Shown: piece by piece, positions 28,306 through 38,186 of the stretch
Layout: every line of letters starts with the position of its first letter
Position numbering within the stretch: position 1 is the first letter of the stretch
NCBI GenBank assembly: GCA_035708765.1
Contig: DASTFI010000017.1
Coordinates: forward strand, 607 to 64,606
DNA length: 64,000 nt
From: Marmoricola sp.
GTDB lineage: Bacteria > Actinomycetota > Actinomycetes > Propionibacteriales > Nocardioidaceae
Direction: 5' to 3'
Made by a program: the position numbers and the translations under genes
The notes under the pieces: generated by a model
Seen by the model: the letters and a program-made list of their open reading frames with translations, nothing else
Told to the model about the DNA's origin: nothing
Database searches by the model: none

Positions 28306-28701
28306 CTACCGGTCTCGCCGGTCGAGCTCGGCGAGCGCGGCACGCAGGGCCTCCCGGTCGGCCTCGCTGGCGTCACCGACGAAGGCGACCAGGGCTGCGT
28401 GGCGGTCGGCCTCCGCGAACTCTCCCAGGGTGTCGCGCATCAGCTCGGCGGTCATCTCGCTGCGCGAGCTCAGCGCCCGGTAGCGGTAGGCCCGGCCCTC
28501 TCGCTGCTGCTCGACCAGTCCCTTGCGCGACATCCGGTCCAGCACCGTCATGACGGTCGTGTAGGCGACGTCCCGCGAGCCGGCCAGCGCCCCGTGCACC
28601 TCGCGCACCGTCAGCGGTTCCTCGTCGGCCGCCCACAGCGTCTCCAGCACGGCGCGCTCCAGCTCGCCGAGGTGCGCACGCGCCTGTGACCGAGGAGACA
28701 T
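28306..28701 (-). CDS. BlaI/MecI/CopY family repressor
   Basis: LGELERAVLETLW, AYTTVMTVLDRM..KG and RAYRY motifs. Confidence 0.93.
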   Translation of the reverse strand: MSPRSQARAHLGELERAVLETLWAADEEPLTVREVHGALAGSRDVAYTTVMTVLDRMSRKGLVEQQREGRAYRYRALSSRSEMTAELMRDTLGEFAEADRHAALVAFVGDASEADREALRAALAELDRRDR

Positions 28702-28709
28702 GGCCTCGA

Positions 28710-28768
28710 TACTACCCCGCGTAGTAGAGAACTACGACGCGACGTAGTATCTACTACGTTCTGTCGTA
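28710..28768. promoter_or_regulatory. Three BlaI-type operators TAC(T/G)AC-N5-GT(A/C)GTA in the divergent blaI/cydA promoter region
   Basis: TACTAC-cccgc-GTAGTA (28710-28726), TACGAC-gcgac-GTAGTA (28733-28749), TACTAC-gttct-GTCGTA (28752-28768). They overlap TAGTAT -10 boxes on both strands. Confidence 0.85.
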
Positions 28769-28784
28769 GATATCTGGAGGCAGC

Positions 28785-30230
28785 GTGGACGTCACCGACA
28801 TCGCCCGCTGGCAGTTCGGCATCATCACCGTCTACCACTTCTGGTTCGTGCCGATCACCATCGGCACCAGCGCGATCATCGCGGCGTTCCACACGCAGTG
28901 GGTGCGCACCGGGAGACCGGAGTACCTGCGCCTGACGAAGTTCTTCGGCAAGCTCTTCCTCATCAACTTCGCCATCGGCGTGGTCACCGGCATCGTCCAG
29001 GAGTTCCAGTTCGGGATGAACTGGTCGGACTACTCCCGCTTCGTCGGCGACGTCTTCGGTGCGCCGCTGGCCATCGAGGGGCTGCTCGCCTTCTTCCTGG
29101 AGTCGACGTTCCTGGGGCTGTGGATCTTCGGCTGGGGCAAGCTGCCACCCCGGCTGCACGCCGCCTGCATCTGGCTGGTCCACCTCGGCACGCTGTTCTC
29201 GTCGTACTTCATCCTCGCGGCGAACTCCTGGATGCAGCACCCCGTGGGCTACCGCTACAACCCGGACACCGGCCGGGCGGAGCTCACCGACTTCTGGGCG
29301 GTGATGTTCAACAAGGTCCAGCTGGTCGCCTTCCCGCACGTGGTCCTCGCGGCCTACATGACCGGTGGCGCCTTCGTCCTGGGCGTCGCCGCCTACCTCC
29401 ACTTCCGCCATCGGCACGAGGTCGCCGAGCGCTCCCTCTACCTGAGGGCCGTCCGCGTCGGCGCGGCCGTCACGCTGGTCGCCGGGCTCGGCGTCGCCAT
29501 CACCGGCGACCTCCAGGGCAAGGTGATGACCGAGGTGCAGCCGATGAAGATGGCGGCCGCGGAGGCGATCTACGACACCGAGCGGCCGGCGTCGTTCTCC
29601 GTGCTCACCATCGGCACCCCCGACGGCAAGCACGAGAAGTTCGCCATCAAGGTCCCGCGGCTGCTCTCCTTCCTGGCCACCGGAACCTTCGACGGCGAGG
29701 TCGAGGGCATCAACCAGCTGCGCGAGCAGTACCGCGCGGAGTACGGCCAGGACCCGGGCGCGCGCTACTACTCCCCCGGCGACTACACCCCGCTCATCCC
29801 GGTCACCTACTGGTCGTTCCGGTTCATGATCGGGCTCGGCGCCTTCGCCGCCGCCGGCGCGGCGCTCGTGCTGTGGGCCACCCGGCGGGGCCGCCGCCCG
29901 GACGGCGTGTGGTGGCCGCGGTTGGCCGTGCTGCTGCCGATCGCGGTGGTGCTGGCGAACTCGTGGGGCTGGATCTTCACCGAGATGGGCCGGCAGCCGT
30001 GGGCGGTCTTCGGCCTGATGACCACCCAACAGGCGGTCTCCCCCGGCGTCTCGGTGACCGAGGCGTGGATCTCGATCGGCTCGCTCACCGCGGTGTACGC
30101 CGTCCTCGCCGTCATCGAGTTCGGGCTGATGTGGCGCTACGTCAAGGCCGGCGCACCGCCGTTCGAGGAACCACCCACCCACAACGACACCGACACCGAC
30201 GCCGACGCGCCGATGGCGTTCGCCTACTAG
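28785..30230 (+). CDS. cydA: Cytochrome bd ubiquinol oxidase subunit I
   Basis: ARWQFG...YH, GVVTGIVQEFQFG, QPMKMAAAE and EMGRQPW motifs. Confidence 0.96.
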   Translation: MDVTDIARWQFGIITVYHFWFVPITIGTSAIIAAFHTQWVRTGRPEYLRLTKFFGKLFLINFAIGVVTGIVQEFQFGMNWSDYSRFVGDVFGAPLAIEGLLAFFLESTFLGLWIFGWGKLPPRLHAACIWLVHLGTLFSSYFILAANSWMQHPVGYRYNPDTGRAELTDFWAVMFNKVQLVAFPHVVLAAYMTGGAFVLGVAAYLHFRHRHEVAERSLYLRAVRVGAAVTLVAGLGVAITGDLQGKVMTEVQPMKMAAAEAIYDTERPASFSVLTIGTPDGKHEKFAIKVPRLLSFLATGTFDGEVEGINQLREQYRAEYGQDPGARYYSPGDYTPLIPVTYWSFRFMIGLGAFAAAGAALVLWATRRGRRPDGVWWPRLAVLLPIAVVLANSWGWIFTEMGRQPWAVFGLMTTQQAVSPGVSVTEAWISIGSLTAVYAVLAVIEFGLMWRYVKAGAPPFEEPPTHNDTDTDADAPMAFAY

Positions 30231-30239
30231 GAGCCTGCC

Positions 30240-31277
30240 ATGGAGCTCACCACCGTCTGGTTCGTGCTGATCGCCGTCCTGTGGGTCGGCTACTTCGCCC
30301 TGGAGGGCTTCGACTTCGGGGTCGGCCTGCTGCTGCCGGTGCTGGCCCGCGACGACACCGAGCGGCGGGTCATGTACAACACCGTCGGCCCGGTGTGGGA
30401 CGGCAACGAGGTGTGGTTGCTCGTCGCGGGAGGGGCCACCTTCGCCGCCTTCCCGGAGTGGTACGCCACCCTGTTCAGCGGCTTCTACCTGCCGTTGCTG
30501 TTCATCGTGCTCGCCCTGATCGTGCGCGGCCTCGCCTTCGAGTACCGCGCGAAGAAGGACGACGACCGGTGGCGACGCAACTGGGACGCCGCCCTGGTCG
30601 TCGGCTCGGTGGTGCCGGCCGTCCTGTGGGGCGTGGCGTTCGCCAACCTCGTCGCGGGTGTGCCGATCGACGCGGACTTCGAGTTCACCGGCAGCCTCGC
30701 CACCCTGCTCAACCCGTACGCGCTGCTCGGCGGGACGGTCACGCTGCTGCTCTTCGCCACCCACGGCGCGATGTTCGTCGCGCTGAAGACCGATGGCGAC
30801 ATCCGCCACCGGGCACGCAGGCTGGCGATCCGGCTGGGCGTGGCCGCGGCAGTCGTCGCGGTGGCCTTCCTGGGCTGGACCCAGGCGAGGACCGGTACGA
30901 CGGCCTCCGCGGCCGCCTTCGCCGTCGCCGCCGTCGCGCTGGCGGCCGGCATCGCGATGGCCGGCCGTGGCCGGGAGGGCTGGGCCTTCCTCGGCACCTT
31001 CGTCACGATCGCCGTCGCCGTGGCCGGGCTGTTCCTCGCCCTCTTCCCCGACGTGATGCCGTCGACCACCTCCGCGGCGTACTCGCTGACCACCAGCAAC
31101 GCCGCTGCGACGCCGTACACCCTGACGGTGATGTCGTGGGTGGCGCTGCTGTGCCTGCCGTTCGTCGTGGGCTACCAGGCCTGGAGCTACTGGGTGTTCC
31201 GCAAGCGGATCAGCACCCGGCACATTCCCGGTGCGGCTCCACAGCGCACTGCGGACGAGACCACGAGGGCCGCCTGA
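30240..31277 (+). CDS. cydB: Cytochrome bd ubiquinol oxidase subunit II
   Basis: LEGFDFGVG, GPVWDGNEVWL and RGLAFEYR motifs. Confidence 0.96.
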   Translation: MELTTVWFVLIAVLWVGYFALEGFDFGVGLLLPVLARDDTERRVMYNTVGPVWDGNEVWLLVAGGATFAAFPEWYATLFSGFYLPLLFIVLALIVRGLAFEYRAKKDDDRWRRNWDAALVVGSVVPAVLWGVAFANLVAGVPIDADFEFTGSLATLLNPYALLGGTVTLLLFATHGAMFVALKTDGDIRHRARRLAIRLGVAAAVVAVAFLGWTQARTGTTASAAAFAVAAVALAAGIAMAGRGREGWAFLGTFVTIAVAVAGLFLALFPDVMPSTTSAAYSLTTSNAAATPYTLTVMSWVALLCLPFVVGYQAWSYWVFRKRISTRHIPGAAPQRTADETTRAA

Positions 31278-31281
31278 GCCG

Positions 31282-34200
31282 ATGAAGCCGATCGACCCTC
31301 GCACGCTGCCCCTCCTCCGACCGGCCCGAGCCGCCCTCGTCGTCGTGGTCGCCGCCGGGACCGCGGGCGGCGTGCTCCTCGTCGGGCAGGCGTTCGCCGT
31401 CGCCGCCCTCGTCACCGGGCTGCTCGCGGCGCCGGGCACAGACACCTGGCACGCGTCGGCGTGGTGGCTGCTCGGCCTCACCGCCGCGCGGGCCGCGCTC
31501 ACGGCACTCTCCGACGCCGCCGCCGCTCGTGCCGCCGGGCGGGTGAGCACCGCGCTGCGCGTGCAGGTGCTCGAGGCCGCCTTCCGGCTCGGCCGTCGGC
31601 GCCTGTCGCAACGGCGCTCCGGTGAGCTGGGACTCCTGGCCACCCGAGGCGTCGCGGCGGTCGAGCCCTACCTGACCCGGTTCGTCCCGACGCTGGTGCT
31701 GGCCGCCGTGCTGCCCGTCCTGACGCTCGCCGTGGTCGTGGTCGAGGATCTGTGGGCCGGCGTGATCGTGCTGGCCACCCTCCCGCTGGTGCCCGTCTTC
31801 GCGGTCCTGATCGGGCTGGCGACCCGCGACCGGGCCGACCGGCAGTACCGCACCCTGGCGCAGCTCGCCGGGCACTTCCTCGACGTGGTGCGGGGACTGC
31901 CCACGCTGGTCACGTTCAACCGGGCCGAGCGCCAGTCCGCGCAGATCCGGGCGGTCACCGAGCGGTATCGACGCGCCACCATGGCCACGCTGCGCACCGC
32001 GTTCGCCTCCAGCGCGGCCCTCGAGCTGATCGCGACGCTGAGCGTCGCGCTCGTCGCCGTCTGCGTCGGTCTCCGGCTGGCTGCGGGCGGGCTGGACTTC
32101 CGCACCGCGCTCGTGGTGCTCCTGCTGGCGCCGGAGGCCTACTGGCCGCTGCGCCGGGTGGGGGCCGAGTTCCACGCCGCCGCCGAGGGCGCCACCACCC
32201 TCACCGAGGTGACCCGGCTGCTGGCGGAGGCCGGCGTGGCGGCGGGCGACCCGGCTGGCGACCCGGCTGGCGACCCGGGACTCGCGGAACGGCGACTCGA
32301 CGTCGACCCGGTGCCGATCCACGTCGAGGACCTGGTGGTGCGCTACGACGGCGCGACCCGGCCGGCGCTCGTGCTGCCCCGGGCGTTGGTCCCGGCCACC
32401 GGCATCACCGCGGTCGTGGGGCCGTCGGGGAGCGGGAAGTCGACGTTCGTGCAGGCGCTGCTCGGCGAGCTCGAGCCGGAGTCCGGCCGGATCACGCTGG
32501 CCGGAGCGGCGCACGACCCCGAGCGGTGGCGTTGCCTCGTCGCGCAGGTGCCGCAGGTGCCCTGGCTCACCGCCGGCACGATCGCTGCCAACCTCCGGCT
32601 CGGCCGGCCGCGTGCCTCGCACCGTCGGCTCTGGGCAGCACTGGCCGAGGTCGAGCTGGCCGACGTCGTCGCCGCCCTGCCCCGGGCCCTGGACACCCCG
32701 CTCGGGGAGGACGGAGCCGGCCTGTCGGCGGGCCAGCGCGCCCGGCTCGCGCTCGCCCGGGTGCTGCTCGCGGACCGGCCCTACGTCGTGCTCGACGAGC
32801 CGACCGCCCACCTCGACGCGGAGACCGAGCGGATCCTGCTCGCCACCCTCCGTCGGCTCGCCGGGCACCGGACCGTGGTCGTGGTGGCCCACCGTCCCGC
32901 CGTCGTCGCGGCCGCCGACCACGTGATCACCCTGGGGTCACCGGCGCCCGGCGCACCGCTGTCGGGATCCGCGACGTCGACAGCGCCCACTGCCTGCACC
33001 GTCCCCGACGAGGCCGGCCGGGACTCCGGGCCGGACTCTGGGCGGGACTCCGGGCCGGACTCCGGGCCGGACTCTGGGCCGGTCGCGGACCGGTTGCGGA
33101 CCCGTGTCCGCCGCCGGCTCGCCCTGGCCACCGCGCTCGCCACCGGCGCGTCGCTGTCCGGAGTCGCGCTGACCGCGACCGCCGGCTGGCTGATCGCGCG
33201 CTCGGCCGAGCGACCGCCCGTGCTCATGCTGATGGTGGCCATCGTCGGCGTCCGCACCTTCGGCCTGGCCCGTCCGGTGCTGCGCTATGCCGAGCGGCTG
33301 GTCGGGCATGACGTCGCGCTGCGCCTGCTGGCCGACACGCGGGCGCGGGTGTACGACCTGCTGGTCCCGCTCGCCCCGGCCCGGCTCGGGGGTCCCGGAG
33401 GCAGGCACCGCGGGGACCTGCTCACCTCGGTGGTCGACGACGTCGACGCCGTGCTCGACGACCAGCTCCGTGTCCGGCTCCCCGTGCGGTCCTGGCTGGC
33501 CGTGACCCTGGTGGCGGCGGTCCTCGTGGGCTGGGTGCACCCACCGGCCGTCGTACCGCTGCTGGCGCTGGGGCTGGTCGGCGGTGGCCTCGCCCTGGCC
33601 GCGGGCCGGCTCGGCGCTCACCACGCCGAACGGACCTTCGTCGAGCAGCGTGCCACCCTCGCCGCCGAGCTGGTGGGCGACCTCCAGGACGCCCGTCAGC
33701 TGGTGCTCTGGCAGGCGGATGCGGCGGCGCTGGACCGGGTGCGCGCGCGAGGAGTCCGCCTGGCGGGCGCAGCGAGCACGACGGGCACGGCACTGGGCCT
33801 GGCCCGGGCACTGCTCGTCCTGCTCGGCGGAGCCGGTGTGGTCGCCACCGCCGTACTCACCGCTCCCGCACTCGCGACGGGGTCGGTGTCGGGCCCGATG
33901 GCGGCGCTGCTGCTGCTCGTGCCGCTGGCGCTCGTCGACGTGCTCCTCCCCCTGGCCGAGGCCGGCGCCCTCTCGGTCCGCACCGCGGCCGCCCGGCGTC
34001 GGCTGACCACGCTGGAGGCGTGGCAGCCGGCCGTCGTGGAGCCGTCCGAGCCGCTCGCGCTCACCGACCCCGGGTCACTGCACCTCGACGGCGTTCGTGC
34101 CGGGTGGGACCGCGCACCCGTCCTGCGCGGGGTCGACCTGGCCCTGCCCGAGCAGGCATCGGTCGGCATCATCGGCACGTCCGGGAGCGGCAAGTCCACG

Positions 34201-34770
34201 CTTGCCGCCCTGCTGGTGCGGCACCTGCAGCCACACTCGGGGCACTACACCCTCGGCGGCGTCGACACCGCTGCCCTCGGCTCGGCCGAGGTACGCCGGC
34301 ACGTCGGCCTGGTCGGCGACGGCCCCTACGTGTTCGCCTCGTCGCTCCGGGAGAACCTGCGGCTCGCCGCGCCAGGGGCGAGGGACGCCCCGCTGGTGCA
34401 GGCCCTCGAGCAGGCCGGTCTCGGTGTCTGGCTCGCTGCCCTCCCCCACGGCCTGGACACGTTCCTCGGCGACGGCGGCGCCGACGTCTCGGGGGGCGAG
34501 CGCGCGCGCCTGGGCATCGCCCGCGCCCTGCTGGCCGATCCCGCGGTGCTCGTCCTCGACGAGCCCACGGCGCACCTGGACACCGCGACCGCCCGGGCGG
34601 TCACCGACACCCTGCTGACCGCGCGCGCCGGCCGATCCGTGGTGTGGATCAGCCACGACGGGGTCGCGCTGGACCGGCTCGACGGCGTGCTGTCCATGGC
34701 CGACGGGCGCCTCGTGGGACAGTCGTCCGGTGACCGCGACGACCTCCACCCCGGTCTCGAGGCCCGGTAG
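31282..34770 (+). CDS. cydDC: Fused CydD-CydC thiol-reductant/heme ABC exporter
   Basis: Two TM+ABC halves (GPSGSGKS/LSAGQ/LDEPT; GTSGSGKS/VSGGE/LDEPT). CydD motif LAPEAYWPLR..GAEFH and CydC motif VRTFGL.R...RYAERL..HD. Confidence 0.9.
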   Translation: MKPIDPRTLPLLRPARAALVVVVAAGTAGGVLLVGQAFAVAALVTGLLAAPGTDTWHASAWWLLGLTAARAALTALSDAAAARAAGRVSTALRVQVLEAAFRLGRRRLSQRRSGELGLLATRGVAAVEPYLTRFVPTLVLAAVLPVLTLAVVVVEDLWAGVIVLATLPLVPVFAVLIGLATRDRADRQYRTLAQLAGHFLDVVRGLPTLVTFNRAERQSAQIRAVTERYRRATMATLRTAFASSAALELIATLSVALVAVCVGLRLAAGGLDFRTALVVLLLAPEAYWPLRRVGAEFHAAAEGATTLTEVTRLLAEAGVAAGDPAGDPAGDPGLAERRLDVDPVPIHVEDLVVRYDGATRPALVLPRALVPATGITAVVGPSGSGKSTFVQALLGELEPESGRITLAGAAHDPERWRCLVAQVPQVPWLTAGTIAANLRLGRPRASHRRLWAALAEVELADVVAALPRALDTPLGEDGAGLSAGQRARLALARVLLADRPYVVLDEPTAHLDAETERILLATLRRLAGHRTVVVVAHRPAVVAAADHVITLGSPAPGAPLSGSATSTAPTACTVPDEAGRDSGPDSGRDSGPDSGPDSGPVADRLRTRVRRRLALATALATGASLSGVALTATAGWLIARSAERPPVLMLMVAIVGVRTFGLARPVLRYAERLVGHDVALRLLADTRARVYDLLVPLAPARLGGPGGRHRGDLLTSVVDDVDAVLDDQLRVRLPVRSWLAVTLVAAVLVGWVHPPAVVPLLALGLVGGGLALAAGRLGAHHAERTFVEQRATLAAELVGDLQDARQLVLWQADAAALDRVRARGVRLAGAASTTGTALGLARALLVLLGGAGVVATAVLTAPALATGSVSGPMAALLLLVPLALVDVLLPLAEAGALSVRTAAARRRLTTLEAWQPAVVEPSEPLALTDPGSLHLDGVRAGWDRAPVLRGVDLALPEQASVGIIGTSGSGKSTLAALLVRHLQPHSGHYTLGGVDTAALGSAEVRRHVGLVGDGPYVFASSLRENLRLAAPGARDAPLVQALEQAGLGVWLAALPHGLDTFLGDGGADVSGGERARLGIARALLADPAVLVLDEPTAHLDTATARAVTDTLLTARAGRSVVWISHDGVALDRLDGVLSMADGRLVGQSSGDRDDLHPGLEAR
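33017..33080 (+). repeat. 12-bp coding repeat (DSGP/DSGR) in the CydD-CydC linker
   Basis: ggactc(c/t)gggc(c/g) units, about 5 copies. Confidence 0.8.
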
Positions 34771-35584
34771 TGGGGCCGGCAGCGGGGCCGGTAGTGGGGC
34801 CGGCAGCGGGGCGCGGGGGTGGACGGGAGTGGCCGGGGCCTATGCCGAGACCTTCGCGACCCTGTGCCGCGGCACCGTCCCGCTCCTCGTCGGCGAGATC
34901 CGCGACGGCGACCGGGTGCTCGACGTCGGCTGCGGCACCGGTGAGCTCGCGGTCCGGGCCCGCGGCGCGGGAGCCTCGGTCACGGCGGTCGACGACGACC
35001 CCGGCATGGTCGCGCTGGCCCGCGATGCCATCGGCGACGTGGTCCTGCGGGCAGCCCTGCCGAACCTGCCGTTCGTCGACGGCGCCTTCGACGTGGTCAT
35101 CGCCAACTTCGTGGTCAACCACGTCGCGGACCCCAGGGCCGCGACCCGGGAGCTGGCCCGGCTCGCTGCCCCGGGCGGCCGGGTGCTGGCCAGCGTCTGG
35201 CCGAGCGGGCAGACGGTGCAGTCGAGGCTGATGGCCGAGATCGTCGCCGCCGCCGGCGCGGTGCCGCCGCCGTCGCTGACGTTGCCGCCCGAGCTGGACT
35301 TCCGCCGGACCACTGCGGGGCTGGCCGGGCTGCTGGCCGGCGCCGGGTTGGCCGACGTCCGCGTCGAGGAGCACACGTGGATGTGGCGGATCCGTGCCGA
35401 GCAGCTCTGGGCCGGCGTGCGCGCCGGCATCGGCGGGATCGGGGCGACCTACCGGCGCCAGCCCCTCGAGGTGCAGCGTCGCCTCGACGAGGCCTTCGTG
35501 CGCCTGCGGGAGCCGTTGCTCGACGGGGACGAGCTGGTGCTGCCGAGCACGGCGCTGGTCGGCCGGGGCCGGCTCGAGGCGTGA
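34730..35584 (+). CDS. Class I SAM-dependent methyltransferase
   Basis: VLDVGCGTG, LPFVDGAFDVV and LAAPGGRV motifs. Overlaps the cydDC end. Confidence 0.85.
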   Translation: MTATTSTPVSRPGSGAGSGAGSGAGSGARGWTGVAGAYAETFATLCRGTVPLLVGEIRDGDRVLDVGCGTGELAVRARGAGASVTAVDDDPGMVALARDAIGDVVLRAALPNLPFVDGAFDVVIANFVVNHVADPRAATRELARLAAPGGRVLASVWPSGQTVQSRLMAEIVAAAGAVPPPSLTLPPELDFRRTTAGLAGLLAGAGLADVRVEEHTWMWRIRAEQLWAGVRAGIGGIGATYRRQPLEVQRRLDEAFVRLREPLLDGDELVLPSTALVGRGRLEA

Positions 35585-35591
35585 GCCCGGC

Positions 35592-37283
35592 TCAGGCCTC
35601 GAGCACCACCGGGACGATCATCGGTCGGCGGCGGTGCGTGCTCGACACCCAGCGGCCCACCACGCGGCGGATCGTCTGCTGCAGCTGGTAGGTGTCGTCG
35701 ACACCGTCGGCGACCGCCTTCTTCAGCGCCTCGACGATCGGCCCGGCGATCTCGTCGAAGGCGCCCTCCTCCTCGGCGAAGCCGCGCGCATGGATCTCCG
35801 GTCCGGTGATCACCTGGCCGGTCTGCGAGTCGACCACCACGACGACGGAGATGAATCCCTCCTCGCCGAGGATGCGGCGGTCCTTCAGCGACGTCTCGGT
35901 GATGTCGCCCACCGACGTGCCGTCGACGAAGACGTAGCCGCAGTCGACCTTGCCGGCGATGGCGGCCTTGCCGTCGACGAGGTCGACGACGACGCCGTCC
36001 TCGGCGATGACGACCCGGTCGGCCGGGACGCCGGTGGCCACGGCGAGCTCGGCGTTGGCCTTGAGGTGCCGGGCCTCCCCGTGCACGGGTACGACGTTGC
36101 GCGGCCGGACGACGTTGTAGCAGTAGAGCAGCTCACCGGCACTGGCGTGGCCGCTGACGTGCACCAGCGCGTTGCCCTTGTGCACCACGTGTGCGCCCAG
36201 CCGGGTCAGCCCGTTGATCACCCGGTAGACGGAGTTCTCGTTGCCCGGGATCAGGGACGAGGCCAGGATGACGGTGTCGCCCTCCTCGATCTGCACGAAG
36301 CTGTGGTTGCGCTGGGCGATCCGGCTCAGTGCCGACATCGGCTCGCCCTGCGACCCGGTCGAGATCAGCACGACCTTCTCCGGTGGCATGTCGGCCAGCT
36401 GCTTGGCGTCGACCAGCAGGTCCGGGGGCACGGTGAGGTACCCGAGGTCGCGGGCGATGCCCATGTTGCGCACCATGGAGCGACCCACGTAGGCCACCTT
36501 GCGGCCGTGCTCGACCGCGGCGTCCATCACCTGCTGCACCCGGTGCACGTGCGAGGCGAAACAGGCCACGATGAGCCGGCCGCTGCTCTGGTGGAAGACC
36601 CGGTCGAGCACCGGGGCGATGTTCTTCTCCGCGGTGGTGAAGCCCGGCACCTCGGCGTTGGTGGAGTCGGTGAGGAACAGGTCCACGCCCTCCTCCCCCA
36701 GCCGCCCGAAGGCGCGCAGGTCGGTGATCCGGCCGTCGAGCGGCAGCTGGTCCATCTTGAAGTCGCCGGTGTGCAGCGCCAGGCCGGCGCCGGTGCGGAT
36801 CGCCACCGCGAGAGCGTCGGGGATCGAGTGGTTGACCGCGACGAACTCCAGCCCGAACGGACCGAACTCGATCCGGTCGCCCTCGGCGACGATGTGCTGG
36901 ACGGTGTTCTTCAGCCGGTGCTCGCGCAGCTTGGACCCGACCAGGGCGAGCGTGAGCTGCGAGCCGACGAGCGGGATGTCGGCCCGCTCCCGCAGCAGGT
37001 AGGGCACGGCCCCGATGTGGTCCTCGTGCCCGTGGGTGAGCACCAGCGCGTCGACGGTGTCGAGCCGGTCCCGGATGGAGGCGAAGTCAGGCAGGATGAG
37101 GTCGACGCCGGGGTGGTTCTCCTCGGGGAAGAGCACCCCGCAGTCGACGATGAGGAGCCGGCCGCCGTACTCGAAGACCGTCATGTTGCGGCCCACCTCG
37201 CCCAGCCCACCCAGCGGGGTGACCCGGAGGCCGCCCTTCGCGAGGGGACCCGGGGAGCTGAGCTCGGGGTGCGGATGACTCAT
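35592..37283 (-). CDS. rnj: Ribonuclease J
   Basis: LGGLGEVGRNM, THGHEDHIG, TGSQGEP and HVSGH motifs. Confidence 0.95.
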   Translation of the reverse strand: MSHPHPELSSPGPLAKGGLRVTPLGGLGEVGRNMTVFEYGGRLLIVDCGVLFPEENHPGVDLILPDFASIRDRLDTVDALVLTHGHEDHIGAVPYLLRERADIPLVGSQLTLALVGSKLREHRLKNTVQHIVAEGDRIEFGPFGLEFVAVNHSIPDALAVAIRTGAGLALHTGDFKMDQLPLDGRITDLRAFGRLGEEGVDLFLTDSTNAEVPGFTTAEKNIAPVLDRVFHQSSGRLIVACFASHVHRVQQVMDAAVEHGRKVAYVGRSMVRNMGIARDLGYLTVPPDLLVDAKQLADMPPEKVVLISTGSQGEPMSALSRIAQRNHSFVQIEEGDTVILASSLIPGNENSVYRVINGLTRLGAHVVHKGNALVHVSGHASAGELLYCYNVVRPRNVVPVHGEARHLKANAELAVATGVPADRVVIAEDGVVVDLVDGKAAIAGKVDCGYVFVDGTSVGDITETSLKDRRILGEEGFISVVVVVDSQTGQVITGPEIHARGFAEEEGAFDEIAGPIVEALKKAVADGVDDTYQLQQTIRRVVGRWVSSTHRRRPMIVPVVLEA

Positions 37284-38182
37284 GCGCTGATCAGGCCTGC
37301 CTTCTCGAGGCCGGCACGCAGCGCGGCCACCTCGGTGTCGTCGAGCTCGAGGAGCGGCAGCCGCACGCGGCGGTTGTCGAGGACCCCCGCCAGCTGCAGT
37401 GCCGCCTTTGCGGTGGTGCCGCCGTAGTTGGCGACCCCCATGATGGCGTCGATGGCGGGCAGCAGCCCGTGGTAGAGCTCGCGGGCGCGCTCCAGGTCGC
37501 CCGCGTCCACCGCCTCGACGAGCGTCCGGTGCTGTTCGCCGGCGACGTGCCCGACGACGGAGATGACGCCGCACGCCCCGTGCGCCAGCCACGTCAGGTT
37601 GGCCACGTCGTCGCCGGAGTAGAGCGCGTAGCCGAGGTCCTGCATCAGTCGCACGCCCTGCGCGACGTCGCCGACGGCCTCCTTGACCGCGACGACGTTG
37701 TCGATCTCGGACGCACGCTGGTAGGTCTCCCACGCGATCCGCAGGCCGGTCCGGCCCGGTACGTCGTACAGCAGCACGGGCAGCTCGGTCGCATTGGCAA
37801 CGGCCCGGAAGTGCTCGAGCACGCCGCCGGGCGACGGCTTGGAGTAGTAGGGCGTGACGACCATGACGGCGTCGGCGCCCAGCTTGCCGGCCTGCTCGGT
37901 GAGCTCGAGGGAGTGCGCGGTGCTGTTGGTGCCGACCCCTGCGACGACCTTGACCCGGTCACCGACGGCGTCGACGACGGCGCGCAGCAGCTCGCCGTCT
38001 TCGGCCACGGTGGTGGTGGGCGACTCACCGGTCGTGCCGGAGACCACCACGCCGTCGTGGCCGTGGTCGGCGAGGTGTCCGGCGACCGCCGCGGCGGCAG
38101 CGAGATCGAGTGAGCCGTCGGCGGCGAAGGGGGTGACCATCGCGGTCAGCACCCGGCCGAACGGTGCAGCGGGAAGGCTCAT
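37280..38182 (-). CDS. dapA: 4-hydroxy-tetrahydrodipicolinate synthase
   Basis: AMVTPF, GTTGES, TPYY, YDVPGRT and YSGDD motifs. Confidence 0.93.
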   Translation of the reverse strand: MSLPAAPFGRVLTAMVTPFAADGSLDLAAAAAVAGHLADHGHDGVVVSGTTGESPTTTVAEDGELLRAVVDAVGDRVKVVAGVGTNSTAHSLELTEQAGKLGADAVMVVTPYYSKPSPGGVLEHFRAVANATELPVLLYDVPGRTGLRIAWETYQRASEIDNVVAVKEAVGDVAQGVRLMQDLGYALYSGDDVANLTWLAHGACGVISVVGHVAGEQHRTLVEAVDAGDLERARELYHGLLPAIDAIMGVANYGGTTAKAALQLAGVLDNRRVRLPLLELDDTEVAALRAGLEKAGLISA

Positions 38183-38186
38183 GTGT

